27,966 nucleotides of DNA from a virus (taxonomy: Duplodnaviria; Caudoviricetes). The stretch covers positions 1 through 27,966 of IMG/VR virus record IMGVR_UViG_3300049137_000036; one strand, 5' to 3'. Shown here piece after piece: positions 7,263 through 16,300 of this stretch (its first letter is position 1; every line of letters begins with the position of its first letter). Below the pieces are notes generated by a model. That model was not told the DNA's origin, searched no databases, and worked only from the letters and a program-made list of their open reading frames with translations. A program made the translations under genes and the position numbers.

Positions 7263-8600
7263 ATGCCTATCAAGACTGACGAGCTCCTCGACGAGCTCAC
7301 CCACCACCTGAAGGAAGCCCGGGAGATCGCGGCGAAGGCCGAGACCGAGGACCGAGACTTCACCGACGAGGAGCGCACGCGCCTCAACGAGCACATGGCC
7401 AAGGCCAAGGAGGCCAAGGCGGGCCTGGAGAAGGCCAAGGCGACCGCCACGATGCGGCAGGCCCTCGCGGACCTCGGCGACGGCGTCGAGCTGAACGAGA
7501 AGTCCGGCGAACGCCGGACCGCGTCCGGGCTGATCGTGCCGCCCGACGCGGGCAGCCTCGGCGAGTCCTTCGTCAAGAGCGGGGCCTACGCCGGGCTGAT
7601 GGCGCAGGCGCCGCGCGGCGGCTTCGGCGCGAAGTCCCGCGTCCAGTCCATGCCGGCCAGCTACAAGAGCCTGGTCACCGGCGCTTCGGACACGTCTGCC
7701 GGCGGGTTCGTCACCAACGACATGCGGGGTCTGCAGGTCGGGCTCAACCTGTTCGAGCGCCCGCTGCGGCTGCGCGATGTGGTGGCCAACGGCACGACCG
7801 GCTCCGACACCATCGAGTACGTGCGCGTCACCTCGACCACGAACAACGCGGCCCCGGTGGCGGAGGCCACGACCGCGGCAGCCCCGACCTCGGGCGGCAC
7901 GGCCGGCCCGCTGGTCCAGGCGGCCGGCGGCGGCTACAAGCCGGAGTCGGGTCTGGCTGTGGCGAAGGTCACCACGCCCGTGCGCACGATCGCGCACTGG
8001 ATCCCGATCACGAAGCGCGCCCTGTCCGACGCCGCGCAGATCCGCACCCTGATCGACTCCTTCCTGCGCTACGGCCTGGAGGAAGAGCTCGAGGACCAGA
8101 TGATCTCCGGTGACGGCACCGGGGAGAACTTCGAGGGCCTGGCCAACGTGTCCGGAACCCAGGCGCAGGCCTGGGACACCACCGGCACGGGCGCGGACAT
8201 GCAGCGTCTGCGCACCCTGCGCAAGGCCAAGACCAAGGTCTACACCGTGGGCCGCAGCGTGCCGAACGCCTACCTGCTGAACCCGGCCGACGTCGAGGCG
8301 ATCGACCTGTCCGTGAACGGCAACGCCGACTTCTACTTCGGCGGCCCGGGCTCGGCCGGCACCGCGACGGCGCTGTGGGGCCTCCCGGTCATCCAGACCG
8401 AGGCGGTCTCCGCGGGCACCGGCTACGTCGGCGACTTCCGCAAGGCGATGCTGTGGGACCGCGAGCAGGCGTCCATCACCGTCACCGACAGCCACGCGGA
8501 CTTCTTCGTGCGGAACCTGGTGGCGATCCTCGCTGAGATGCGTGCAGCGTTCGGTGTCATCCAGCCGTCGGCGTTCGTCGAGATCGACCTGACCGCGTGA
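7263..8600 (+). CDS. Major capsid protein, HK97 fold with N-terminal coiled-coil delta domain
   Basis: Charged helical N-terminus; YK|SLVTGASDTSAGG resembles the HK97 K103/S104 cleavage context; also ITKRALSDA, GDGTG, LWGLPVI, FVRNLVAILAEMR. GAGGA RBS favours 7263 over 7251. Confidence 0.95.
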   Translation: MPIKTDELLDELTHHLKEAREIAAKAETEDRDFTDEERTRLNEHMAKAKEAKAGLEKAKATATMRQALADLGDGVELNEKSGERRTASGLIVPPDAGSLGESFVKSGAYAGLMAQAPRGGFGAKSRVQSMPASYKSLVTGASDTSAGGFVTNDMRGLQVGLNLFERPLRLRDVVANGTTGSDTIEYVRVTSTTNNAAPVAEATTAAAPTSGGTAGPLVQAAGGGYKPESGLAVAKVTTPVRTIAHWIPITKRALSDAAQIRTLIDSFLRYGLEEELEDQMISGDGTGENFEGLANVSGTQAQAWDTTGTGADMQRLRTLRKAKTKVYTVGRSVPNAYLLNPADVEAIDLSVNGNADFYFGGPGSAGTATALWGLPVIQTEAVSAGTGYVGDFRKAMLWDREQASITVTDSHADFFVRNLVAILAEMRAAFGVIQPSAFVEIDLTA

Positions 8601-8926
8601 CGCTCCTCAACTCGCGGATGACTCGAGGGCGGTGTCCCGTGTGCGGCGGCGAGCACGCCGCATGCGGACCGCCCTCGGGCTCCGTGCCCGTCGACCAGAA
8701 TGTGGAGGTGGCCACCGTGGGTGGACCGCTGGAGAGGTACGAGGTCACGCTGCCGGGCGGCAGGGTGGCGACGATGAAGCTGAACGAGGACGACGCCCGG
8801 CGCTACGGCGTCCTCGAGAAGCCGAAGGCCGAGGCCGAGAACTCGACCGAGGCGGACGTGTCCTCGAAGTCCCGCACGACGACTCGCAACAAGGCCCGCA
8901 CTGCGTCCGACAAGGGCGATGGCTGA
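8597..8926 (+). CDS. Hypothetical protein with N-terminal CPVCGGEHAAC metal-binding motif
   Basis: Overlaps the capsid stop (GTGA). A second in-frame start (GTG 8717) has a GGAGG RBS. Confidence 0.65.
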   Translation: MTLLNSRMTRGRCPVCGGEHAACGPPSGSVPVDQNVEVATVGGPLERYEVTLPGGRVATMKLNEDDARRYGVLEKPKAEAENSTEADVSSKSRTTTRNKARTASDKGDG

Positions 8927-9464
8927 GCCGCTGGCCGATCCTGCCGAACTGGCCGCGTCGCTCGGCGTACCTGCCACGGATCCGAAGCTGGTGTGGGCAC
9001 TGAACGCCGCCTCGCGTCGGTTCCGTGGCGCGGTGCGGCATCCGGTGTCCGCGGTGACCGGGGACAGCTTCGTCCTGGACGGCGGCGGACGCGAGTCGGT
9101 GCTGCTTCCCGCGGCGCCCGTTACGGCGGTCAGCTCGCTGACGCTGAACGGCGAGTCTCTTGCGGAGGGCACAGACTTCGAGTGGTCGGCGGACGGCTTC
9201 CTGCGGCGCCTGGGCGGCTGCTGGCCGGATCGGCTGCGTTGCATCCAGGGCGTATATGACCACGGCTACAACCCGGTGCCGGAGGACATTGCCGAGGTTG
9301 TCATCGACCAGGCCCGGGCGTTGTACCGGATCGACCCGGGGGTCCAGCAGAAGACTGTCGGCAGCCAGAGCGTGACCTTCGGCGCGCAGGCGGCGACCGG
9401 CGTCACAGCCCAGTGGGCCGCAGTAGTCGACCGGTACCGGCTGAACCGGGGTGACCGCGCGTGA
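8919..9464 (+). CDS. Head-to-tail adaptor
   Basis: PLADPAELA...AASRRFRGAV...YDHGYNPVPEDIAEVV pattern; synteny. Confidence 0.8.
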   Translation: MAEPLADPAELAASLGVPATDPKLVWALNAASRRFRGAVRHPVSAVTGDSFVLDGGGRESVLLPAAPVTAVSSLTLNGESLAEGTDFEWSADGFLRRLGGCWPDRLRCIQGVYDHGYNPVPEDIAEVVIDQARALYRIDPGVQQKTVGSQSVTFGAQAATGVTAQWAAVVDRYRLNRGDRA

Positions 9465-9808
9465 TGTTCAACCAGACCGCGGTCCGGGTGCGGGCTGGCA
9501 CCAGGACGGACCGCGGCGGGAACACCGTCGCCGACTGGTCACCGGCTGCGGTGTCCCGCCTCACCGTGATGATGCTGAACATCCAGCCGAACAGCCAGGC
9601 CGAGTCCGTCGACGAGGCGCGCAACGCGGTGGTCACCGGCTACCGGGTGCAGTCGGCCGAAGGCACCCGCCCCGACATCACCGCGGCCGACCGTATCGAG
9701 TGGCGTGGCGAGATGTACGAGGTGGACGGGGATGTCGCCGAATGGCCCGAGCTGTTCACCGACACCGTCCACCACATCGACTTCGTCATGGTGCGTGCCA
9801 CCGGATAG
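9461..9808 (+). CDS. Head-to-tail stopper / head closure protein
   Basis: DRGGN...DITAADRIEWRGEMYEVDG pattern; synteny. Confidence 0.78.
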   Translation: MMFNQTAVRVRAGTRTDRGGNTVADWSPAAVSRLTVMMLNIQPNSQAESVDEARNAVVTGYRVQSAEGTRPDITAADRIEWRGEMYEVDGDVAEWPELFTDTVHHIDFVMVRATG

Positions 9809-9817
9809 GAGGCGGTC

Positions 9818-10099
9818 ATGCTCCTCGACTTCCGTCTCGACGCGGCCGGCGTTCGGGAAATCCTGCGCGGCGAGGAGGTGCGCGACCTGATCGACGGCAA
9901 GGCGCAGGAGGTGGCGGACAACGTCAAGGCGCTCGTCGACTCCGGCACCCCCATCGAGGTGCGCAAATACACCACCGACCGTGGGGCTGCCAGCGTCGTT
10001 GTCGCAGATGTCCGCGCCATGGCCTGGCAGGCCCGGGACGGCATCCTGACCCGCGCGGCGGCGTTCGCCGGCCTTGAGGTCAGGGCGTGGCAGCGGTGA
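9818..10099 (+). CDS. Neck/tail-completion protein (HK97 gp10-like position)
   Basis: AGGAGG RBS; LDAAGVREIL...DGILTRAA; synteny. Confidence 0.65.
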   Translation: MLLDFRLDAAGVREILRGEEVRDLIDGKAQEVADNVKALVDSGTPIEVRKYTTDRGAASVVVADVRAMAWQARDGILTRAAAFAGLEVRAWQR

Positions 10100-10521
10100 A
10101 GCCGCTGGTGGTTTTCGGCGACGTGCAGTCCTCCGGCGCAGGGGTGCTGCGTGAGGCTCTTGCCGGGCGCCTGGAGCCTTACGCAGCCGGTGTCACGGTC
10201 GGTACGAGAGTGCCTGGCGACCGTTCTCCGGAGACGCCTCGCCTGCCTTACGTGCTGGTGCGCAAGGACGGCGACCTGCCGCACCCGTCGATGGCGAACG
10301 CACGGTGCACGCTGCGCGTCACCATCTGGCATGAGGATGCCGACCAGGCGCACGACCTGGCGATGCTCTGCCAGGGGCTGCTGCTCGTCCATTCAGGCCC
10401 GGTGATCCGCGGCGTCCGCCCCGGCACCGGGCCGCTGCCCGCAGTCGACGACGAGAGCGATACCGACTTGTCGACGTTCACGGTGCTCGCCAACGTCAAG
10501 CCCCAGCCTCTCTCGGCCTGA
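10087..10521 (+). CDS. Tail terminator protein
   Basis: PYVLVRKDG...LRVTIWH...AHDLA pattern; lies just upstream of the major tail gene. Confidence 0.72.
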   Translation: MAAVKPLVVFGDVQSSGAGVLREALAGRLEPYAAGVTVGTRVPGDRSPETPRLPYVLVRKDGDLPHPSMANARCTLRVTIWHEDADQAHDLAMLCQGLLLVHSGPVIRGVRPGTGPLPAVDDESDTDLSTFTVLANVKPQPLSA

Positions 10522-10574
10522 CGTCCATACGCCGAACTGCGACTCAATCCCTGTACTGATAAGAGGAGGACGCC

Positions 10575-11345
10575 GTGGCCGGCGACCCGCTGAAGGCAAA
10601 TCTGTGGACGGACGCGGACGTCTACATCTCAACGAATCTGTCCGCGACCCTGCCCGCCAACGCCAACACCGCATTCGGCGTGGACTGGGAACTCGTCGGC
10701 CTGCTCGACGGCGACGAGGGCTTCCCCGAGTCCCGCGACGAGGACACCGACGACAAGTTCGCGTGGGGCGGCATCCTTGTCCGCACCTCGCGGAACCACT
10801 TCAAGCTGACGAAGAACTTCACCGCCCTCGAGGACAACGAGACGACCTACAGCCTCCTGTGGCCGGGCTCGTCCGCGACGCAGATCGTCGTACCCCGCCC
10901 GGCGAAGGTGCTGGTCGCCTTCGAGACGCGCGAGGGCGACAAGGTCCGCCGCCTCATCACCGCCAACTACGCCGAAGTCAGCCTCGACGGCGACCACGGC
11001 GAGAACGAAGCAGACCTCGAGTCGATGACGTTCGCCGCCACGATCTACCCGACCGGCGCCGGCGTCCTCTTCAACCGACAGACCACCCCGATGCTCGAAG
11101 TGATCACTGTCGCCCCCTCGACGCTGAGCATCGCGGACGGTGAGATCGGCTCCCTGACCGCAACGGCCACCTACGACGACGCCTCGACGGCGGACGTCAC
11201 AGCCCTGGCGTCGTGGGTCTCGTCCGACCAGACGAAGGCCACCGTCTCCGCGGGCTTCGTGACAGGCGTGGACGCCGGCTCGTCGACCGTGACCGCGACC
11301 TACCTGGGGCAGTCCGACACCTGCGCCGTGACGGTCACCGTCTAA
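10575..11345 (+). CDS. Major tail protein with C-terminal Ig-like (Big_2-type) domain
   Basis: GAGGAGG RBS; WELVGLLDGDEG, FTALED; C-terminal ITVAPSTLSI..LTATATYDD..WVSSD..GFVTGV..TVTATY. Confidence 0.88.
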   Translation: MAGDPLKANLWTDADVYISTNLSATLPANANTAFGVDWELVGLLDGDEGFPESRDEDTDDKFAWGGILVRTSRNHFKLTKNFTALEDNETTYSLLWPGSSATQIVVPRPAKVLVAFETREGDKVRRLITANYAEVSLDGDHGENEADLESMTFAATIYPTGAGVLFNRQTTPMLEVITVAPSTLSIADGEIGSLTATATYDDASTADVTALASWVSSDQTKATVSAGFVTGVDAGSSTVTATYLGQSDTCAVTVTV

Positions 11346-11347
11346 GC

Positions 11348-11422
11348 CGCCGGGGCGCGGGAGTTCGTCGCGGTTCGGCCGCGCCCCGGTGCACCACCTT
11401 CCGAACCGCGAGGAGCCGCGAC
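11348..11422 (+). promoter_or_regulatory. Structured cis-regulatory RNA (hairpin whose loop is complementary to downstream sites)
   Basis: Stem 11350-11360/11379-11389. The loop is complementary to 11401-11411, 11413-11422 and 11791-11805. Confidence 0.6.
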
Positions 11423-11776
11423 ATGCAGGTCAAGTTCACTGACGAAGACATTCGGGCCGAAGCGGAACGCCTCGGCCTCGTCACGCCCGGCGGCGAGATG
11501 CCACGCCATCTCCGCAGCCGCGTAGTGGCCGTCCTGATCGAACGGCAGACCCAAGCCGCGCCAGGCGGCTCCGCAGCGGAGCCGCAGCTGGCGAAGGAGA
11601 TCGTCATCCAGCCTGGCGGAGTCATCCTCATCGACGGCGAGACGTTCCCGTGGCTGGTCGCCAGGGAGCCGATGGACATCCGCGTCAGCCCCGACGCCGT
11701 CAGCACCGTGCGCCTGACCCTCATGGCGGGCACCGTCCAAGTCCTCAAGACCGAACCGCACCCGGAGAGCGAGTAA
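11423..11776 (+). CDS. Hypothetical protein between major tail and tail chaperone
   Basis: AGGAG RBS at 11411-11415, ATG at 11423 (MQVKFTDEDIRAEAERLG...). Confidence 0.72.
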   Translation: MQVKFTDEDIRAEAERLGLVTPGGEMPRHLRSRVVAVLIERQTQAAPGGSAAEPQLAKEIVIQPGGVILIDGETFPWLVAREPMDIRVSPDAVSTVRLTLMAGTVQVLKTEPHPESE

Positions 11777-11779
11777 GAC

Positions 11780-12124
11780 ATGGCCACCACCCGAACCGCG
11801 ACGAAGCCGGCTGACGACCAGCCCTTCGACTTCAACCTCGACGCCGTCCGCTCCGAAGTCGACCTGGCCCCGTTCCGGGTCAACTTCAACGGCCGACGCT
11901 GGGAGTTCGCCCACATCGAAAGCCTCGACATCTGGGACCTCGTCGACGCTGCCGAAGGCGGCGAGATCAAGGCGATGACCGGCGTCTTCCGCATCTCCCT
12001 CGGTGACGACTGGGAGGACTTCCGCAAGGTCAAGCTGCCGCAGTTCAAGATGAAGGCCCTGTTCACGGCCTACCGGAAGCACTGCGGGCTGGAGCCGGGG
12101 GAATCCGAAGCCTCCGGCACCTGA
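11780..12124 (+). CDS. Tail assembly chaperone (gpG-like)
   Basis: FDFNLDA...APFRVNFNGRRWEF; ends near the slippery site (EPGES). Confidence 0.85.
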   Translation: MATTRTATKPADDQPFDFNLDAVRSEVDLAPFRVNFNGRRWEFAHIESLDIWDLVDAAEGGEIKAMTGVFRISLGDDWEDFRKVKLPQFKMKALFTAYRKHCGLEPGESEASGT

Positions 12125-12543
12125 TCCGGAGGCATGGCAGAGCCCTCGAGGCAGACCTGCGCAGCGAGTACGGCGTCAGGCTGCGGGACCTCACGAACGG
12201 GGACATGACCTACCGCGAGCTCGCAAGCTACGTACAGGGCCTGTCTCCGCAGTCACGAACCCGCACCGCCTTGAACGACGGCCTCGTCGAGCCGTCGCCG
12301 GAGACGGTCGTGCTCGCCGACGTCTTCGACGCGATCACGATCCACGACTGGCACTTCGCTGCGGTCAACACTGACGACAAGAAGCCGTCACCGAAACGCC
12401 CGAAGCCGTATCCGCGCTGGTGGACGGCAGGCACCGCCAAGACCAAGCCCGCACAGAGCTCGCAGCGGGTGGCGCGCATCGAGGATGCACGTCGCCGCAG
12501 GCGCGAGCGCGCCCAAGCCATCGCCGAGGGCCGCATCAGCTGA
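11780..12543 (+). CDS. Tail assembly chaperone, -1 frameshift product (gpGT-like)
   Basis: G_GGG_GAA at 12097-12103. The -1 frame is open (IRSLRHLIRRHGRALEADLRSEYGVRLRDL) and runs into ORF 12205-12543 with a KRPKPYPRW motif. Confidence 0.85.
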
Positions 12544-12546
12544 TGC

Positions 12547-12568
12547 TGTCAGTGGGCGTCGATAGGCT
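12547..12568 (+). promoter_or_regulatory. RecA-NDp/PafBC-type DNA-damage-inducible promoter motif
   Basis: TGTCAGTG, 8 nt, TAGGCT matches the mycobacterial tTGTCRgtg-N8-TAnnnT consensus. Confidence 0.55.
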
Positions 12569-12583
12569 TGACGGGCGATCAGA

Positions 12584-12614
12584 GCCCCGGCGAGTGCGCT
12601 AACACTCCCGGGGC
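12584..12614 (+). promoter_or_regulatory. Leader hairpin of the HNH gene
   Basis: GCCCCGG-C-GAGTG / loop CGCTAA / CACTC-CCGGGGC (12 bp with one bulge). Confidence 0.55.
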
Positions 12615-12639
12615 ATGGCCAACCTGGTGAGAGGTCGAC

Positions 12640-13314
12640 ATGGCCAAGCGTAGCCGTATCTGCCTGGGCTGCGGAAATGCCCTGGATACTCAGGGAAGAA
12701 GGGTCTGGCCGGAGTACTGCTCCGAATCGTGCAAGCCTCGGTGTTCAGTCGCAGAATGCGGCGGCCCGGTGCGCAAGCGGGGTTGGTGCGGAAGCCACTA
12801 CGCGCAATGGCAACGAACGGGCGCTGACCCCACACCCTTCAAGTGGAAGTGGTCGGAGCATCAGCCTTGCACTGTCTGCGGCAGCGAGGATCGGACTCCC
12901 GAACTCCGGCGGTTCTGCTCCTGGGCGTGCCGACAGCTCCACAGAACGTACAGAGGCAAGCCTCCAGTCGCTGTCGGCTGCGTGCTGTGCGGCACAACCA
13001 TAGATCTGACGGTGCGAGGCAAGGGTGGCCAGCGCAAGAAGGCATGCACCAAGCTGTGTCGCCCGTGCCGTCAGGACTACAGCAAGTACAAGGCGACTGC
13101 CCGCCAACTGGCGCTGCGCGATGGGGCGTACTGCGGCCTCTGTGCGCAGCGGGTCGACATGAGCTTGTCCCGCGTTGTTGACAGCAAGTGGTGCCCATCC
13201 GTGGATCACGTCATCCCTCGAGCGCTTGGCGGATCGCATGAGGCGGACAACCTTCAACTCGCCCACCTGTACTGCAACCAAGTGAAGAGCGACCTGCGGG
13301 GTGCGCTTCCGTAA
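12640..13314 (+). CDS. Free-standing HNH (homing-type) endonuclease with Cys-rich zinc-binding N-terminus
   Basis: RDGAYCGLC...SVDHVIPRALGGSHEADNLQLAHLYCNQVK; CSVAECGGPVRKRGWCGSHY; codon usage differs from neighbours; interrupts the chaperone-tape measure synteny. Confidence 0.88.
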   Translation: MAKRSRICLGCGNALDTQGRRVWPEYCSESCKPRCSVAECGGPVRKRGWCGSHYAQWQRTGADPTPFKWKWSEHQPCTVCGSEDRTPELRRFCSWACRQLHRTYRGKPPVAVGCVLCGTTIDLTVRGKGGQRKKACTKLCRPCRQDYSKYKATARQLALRDGAYCGLCAQRVDMSLSRVVDSKWCPSVDHVIPRALGGSHEADNLQLAHLYCNQVKSDLRGALP

Positions 13315-13335
13315 CCGAATACGGGGGGTGACGTA

Positions 13336-16300
13336 ATGCCCAACGTTGGTTACGCTACGATACAAATTATACCCTCAGTTCGAGGCATTTCGGACGAGCT
13401 GCGACGGCAGTTGGCTGGCCCGGCGGCCGACGCGGCGGACCGGGCCGGTGAGGAGTCCGGCTCGAGGTTCAGCGACAAGTGGAAGGCTGGTCTGGCCGCT
13501 GCTGGAGCCGCGGCCGGTGCGGTGCTCGTTGCGGCGACCGTGTCAGCGGTCGAGAAGGAGCGGGTCGCTGACCGTCTGGCCGCGCAGCTCGGCCTGTCCG
13601 GCAAGGGCGCGAAGCAGGCCGGCAAGGTCGCAGGTGACCTGTACTCCAAGGCCGTCGTGGACTCCTTCGAGGACGGTGCCGCAGCGGTCAAGGCCGTCAT
13701 GAGCTCAGGCCTGATCCCCGAGAAGGCCACGACCAAGAGCATCGAGGCCATCACCACCAAGGTCGCCGACCTTGCCAACACCTTCGACCAGGATCTGACG
13801 GGCACGGCGAACGCCGCAGCCCAGATGATCCGCACCGGCCTGGCCAAAGACGGTGCCCAGGCTCTCGACCTGCTGACCACCGGCTTCCAGTCCTCCGCTG
13901 ACAAGGCGGGCGACTTCGTCGACACGATCAACGAGTACGGCACGCAGTTCAGGAAGGCCGGCCTCGACGGCGCTTCGGCGATCGGACTGCTGAACCAGGC
14001 CATCGCGGCCGGCGCCCGGGACGCCGACATTGCCGCGGACGCCATCAAAGAGTTTTCGATCAGGGCCGTCGATGGGACGGAAGGCACAGCCGACGGCTTC
14101 AAGGCCCTGGGCCTCAATGCCGATGACATGGCCAAGAAGTTCGCCCGGGGCGGCAGCGCCGCGAACGGCGTGCTCGACCTGACGCTCGACAAGCTCCGCG
14201 GCATCAAGGACCCGGTCAAGCAGTCACAGGCGGCGGTCGCGCTGTTCGGCACCCAGGCAGAGGACTTGGGTGCGGCTTTGTTTGCCATGGACCCCTCGTC
14301 CGCAGCAGCGGGTCTGGACAAGGTCGGCGGTGCCGCCAAACGCGTCGGCGACACCATCCGCGGCAACACGTCGACCGAGCTGAAGATCCTGCAGCGGCAG
14401 ATCACCGGCGCTCTCGGCGACCTCGTCACAACTGTGGTCCTGCCTGCGCTGAGAGGCCTCAACGATGCCCTGGCTTGGGTCGGCGAGGCGGTCGCCGCAG
14501 TCGGCCGCTGGTTCCGCGAGTGGGGTGCCTGGCTGGCCCCGGTCGCCATCCTGATCGGCGGGGTGACGCTGGCGCTGAACGCTCAGGCCATCGCCACCGG
14601 CCTGGTGACGGCCGTCTTCTCCGCATACCGGGCCGCGATCCTGGTGGGCACCGCGGTGACGAACGGCTTCGCCGCAGCGCAGGCTCTGTTGAACGCGGTG
14701 ATGGCGCTGAACCCCATCACCCTCATCGTGATCGCTCTGGTCGCCCTCGGCGCCGCCCTCGTCGTCGCCTACAACAAGTCGGAGACGTTCAGGAGCATTG
14801 TCCAGGCGGCATGGTCCGGCATCCAGACTGCCGCTCAGTGGGCTTGGCAGAACGTCCTCAAGCCCGCTCTGGACGGCATCGTTGTCGCCTTCCAGGCCGT
14901 GGCGACGGCTGCGACGTGGCTGTGGCAGAACGTCCTGAGCCCGGTCTTCACGTTCATCTCGACAGCCGCGCAGATCCTCATGACCGCGGTCGTCGTGATC
15001 GCACTGCTGCCGATTATCGCGATCTTCAAGCTGTTGGCGGCAACGGCGACGTGGCTGTGGCAGACCGTCCTCAGCCCTGCCTTTACAGCCATCGGCGACC
15101 TCGCTGTGTGGCTGTACAGCACGGTCCTGAAGCCGGCGTTCGACAACATGGTCGCCGCGATTCGCCTGCTCGGCTCCGTGGCCTCGTGGCTGTGGAAGAA
15201 CGTGTTCTCGCCCGTCTTCACCTGGATCGGAAGCAAGATTTCGCAGGTCTGGACGGGGATCATCAAGCCCGCCCTCGACTTCCTGCGGATCGGTCTGCAG
15301 GTTACGGGCGACAAGGCGCGATGGATCTGGGACAAGGTCTTCAGCCCCGTCTTCACCTGGATCGGCGACAAGGGCAAGTGGCTGTGGGACAAAGCCCTGC
15401 GGCCCGCGTTCGACAACGTGAAGAAGGGCGTCGAGAAGGTCGGCAAGTCCTTCGAGGACGCCAAGAACTTCATCGGCAAGGCCTGGTCGGGCGTGCAGGA
15501 TCTGGCGAAGAAGCCGGTGAAGTTCGTCATCGACAAGATCTACAACGCGGGCATTGTGCCCACATGGAACCTGGTCGCCAAGGCATTCGGGGCTCCGACC
15601 ATCAAGCCGATGAGCCTCAAGGGCTGGGCGACGGGCGGCGTCCTGCCCGGGTACACGCCGGGCCGTGACGTGCATCTGGCCGCCCTGTCCGGCGGCGAGG
15701 CCGTGATGCGGCCCGAGTGGACGCGCGCCGTCGGCCCCGGCTACGTCAACAGCATGAACGCTGCAGCCCGCCATGGTGGCATCAAGGGCGTGCAGCGTGC
15801 CCTCGGGCTGCCCGGATTCGCCGACGGCGGCATCTTCGGCTGGGTCAAGGGAGCCGCTTCCAAGGGCATCGACCTGGCTAAGTCTGGCGTCTCCTGGCTG
15901 AAGGACGGCATCAAGGAATCAGCGATGGCCGGTCTGAACTCTGTCGTCCGACCCCTCATCGACAAGATCGCGGGATCTGCCTCGATGTACCGGGACATGA
16001 TCAGCGGCGTCCCGAAGCGGATGCTGAACGCCGTCTTCGACTTCTCGGGGAAAGCGGACCGCAAGCTCGAGGCTGCTGGCGTCGGCGGCAAGGGCTACAA
16101 GGCAGGGTTGTCGTGGGCGCGCACGCAGGCGGGCAAGAAGTACCAGTGGGGCGGCAATGGCAACCCTTCATGGGACTGCTCCGGTTTCGTCTCCGCGATC
16201 GAGTCCGTCATCCGTGGGCAGAAGCCGCACCGCCGCTGGGCTACTGGCGCCTTCTCTGGTGCTACCGCCCCGGGCGGCTGGAAGCTCGGGGCCCGCTCCC

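Noticed and set aside
11070-11110. Frameshift adding the Ig domain to the major tail protein
   Set aside because: The Ig domain is already in frame and no slippery heptamer is visible.
12205-12543. Independent 112-aa gene
   Set aside because: Better explained as the -1 frameshift extension of the tail chaperone, because the open frame begins at the GGGGGAA site.
14830-15420. Repeated DNA (e.g. CCCGTCTTCACCTGGATCGG, GTGGCTGTGGCAGA) as a CRISPR array or DGR repeat
   Set aside because: These encode ordinary Trp-periodic tape measure repeats. There is no spacer structure and no cas or reverse transcriptase gene.
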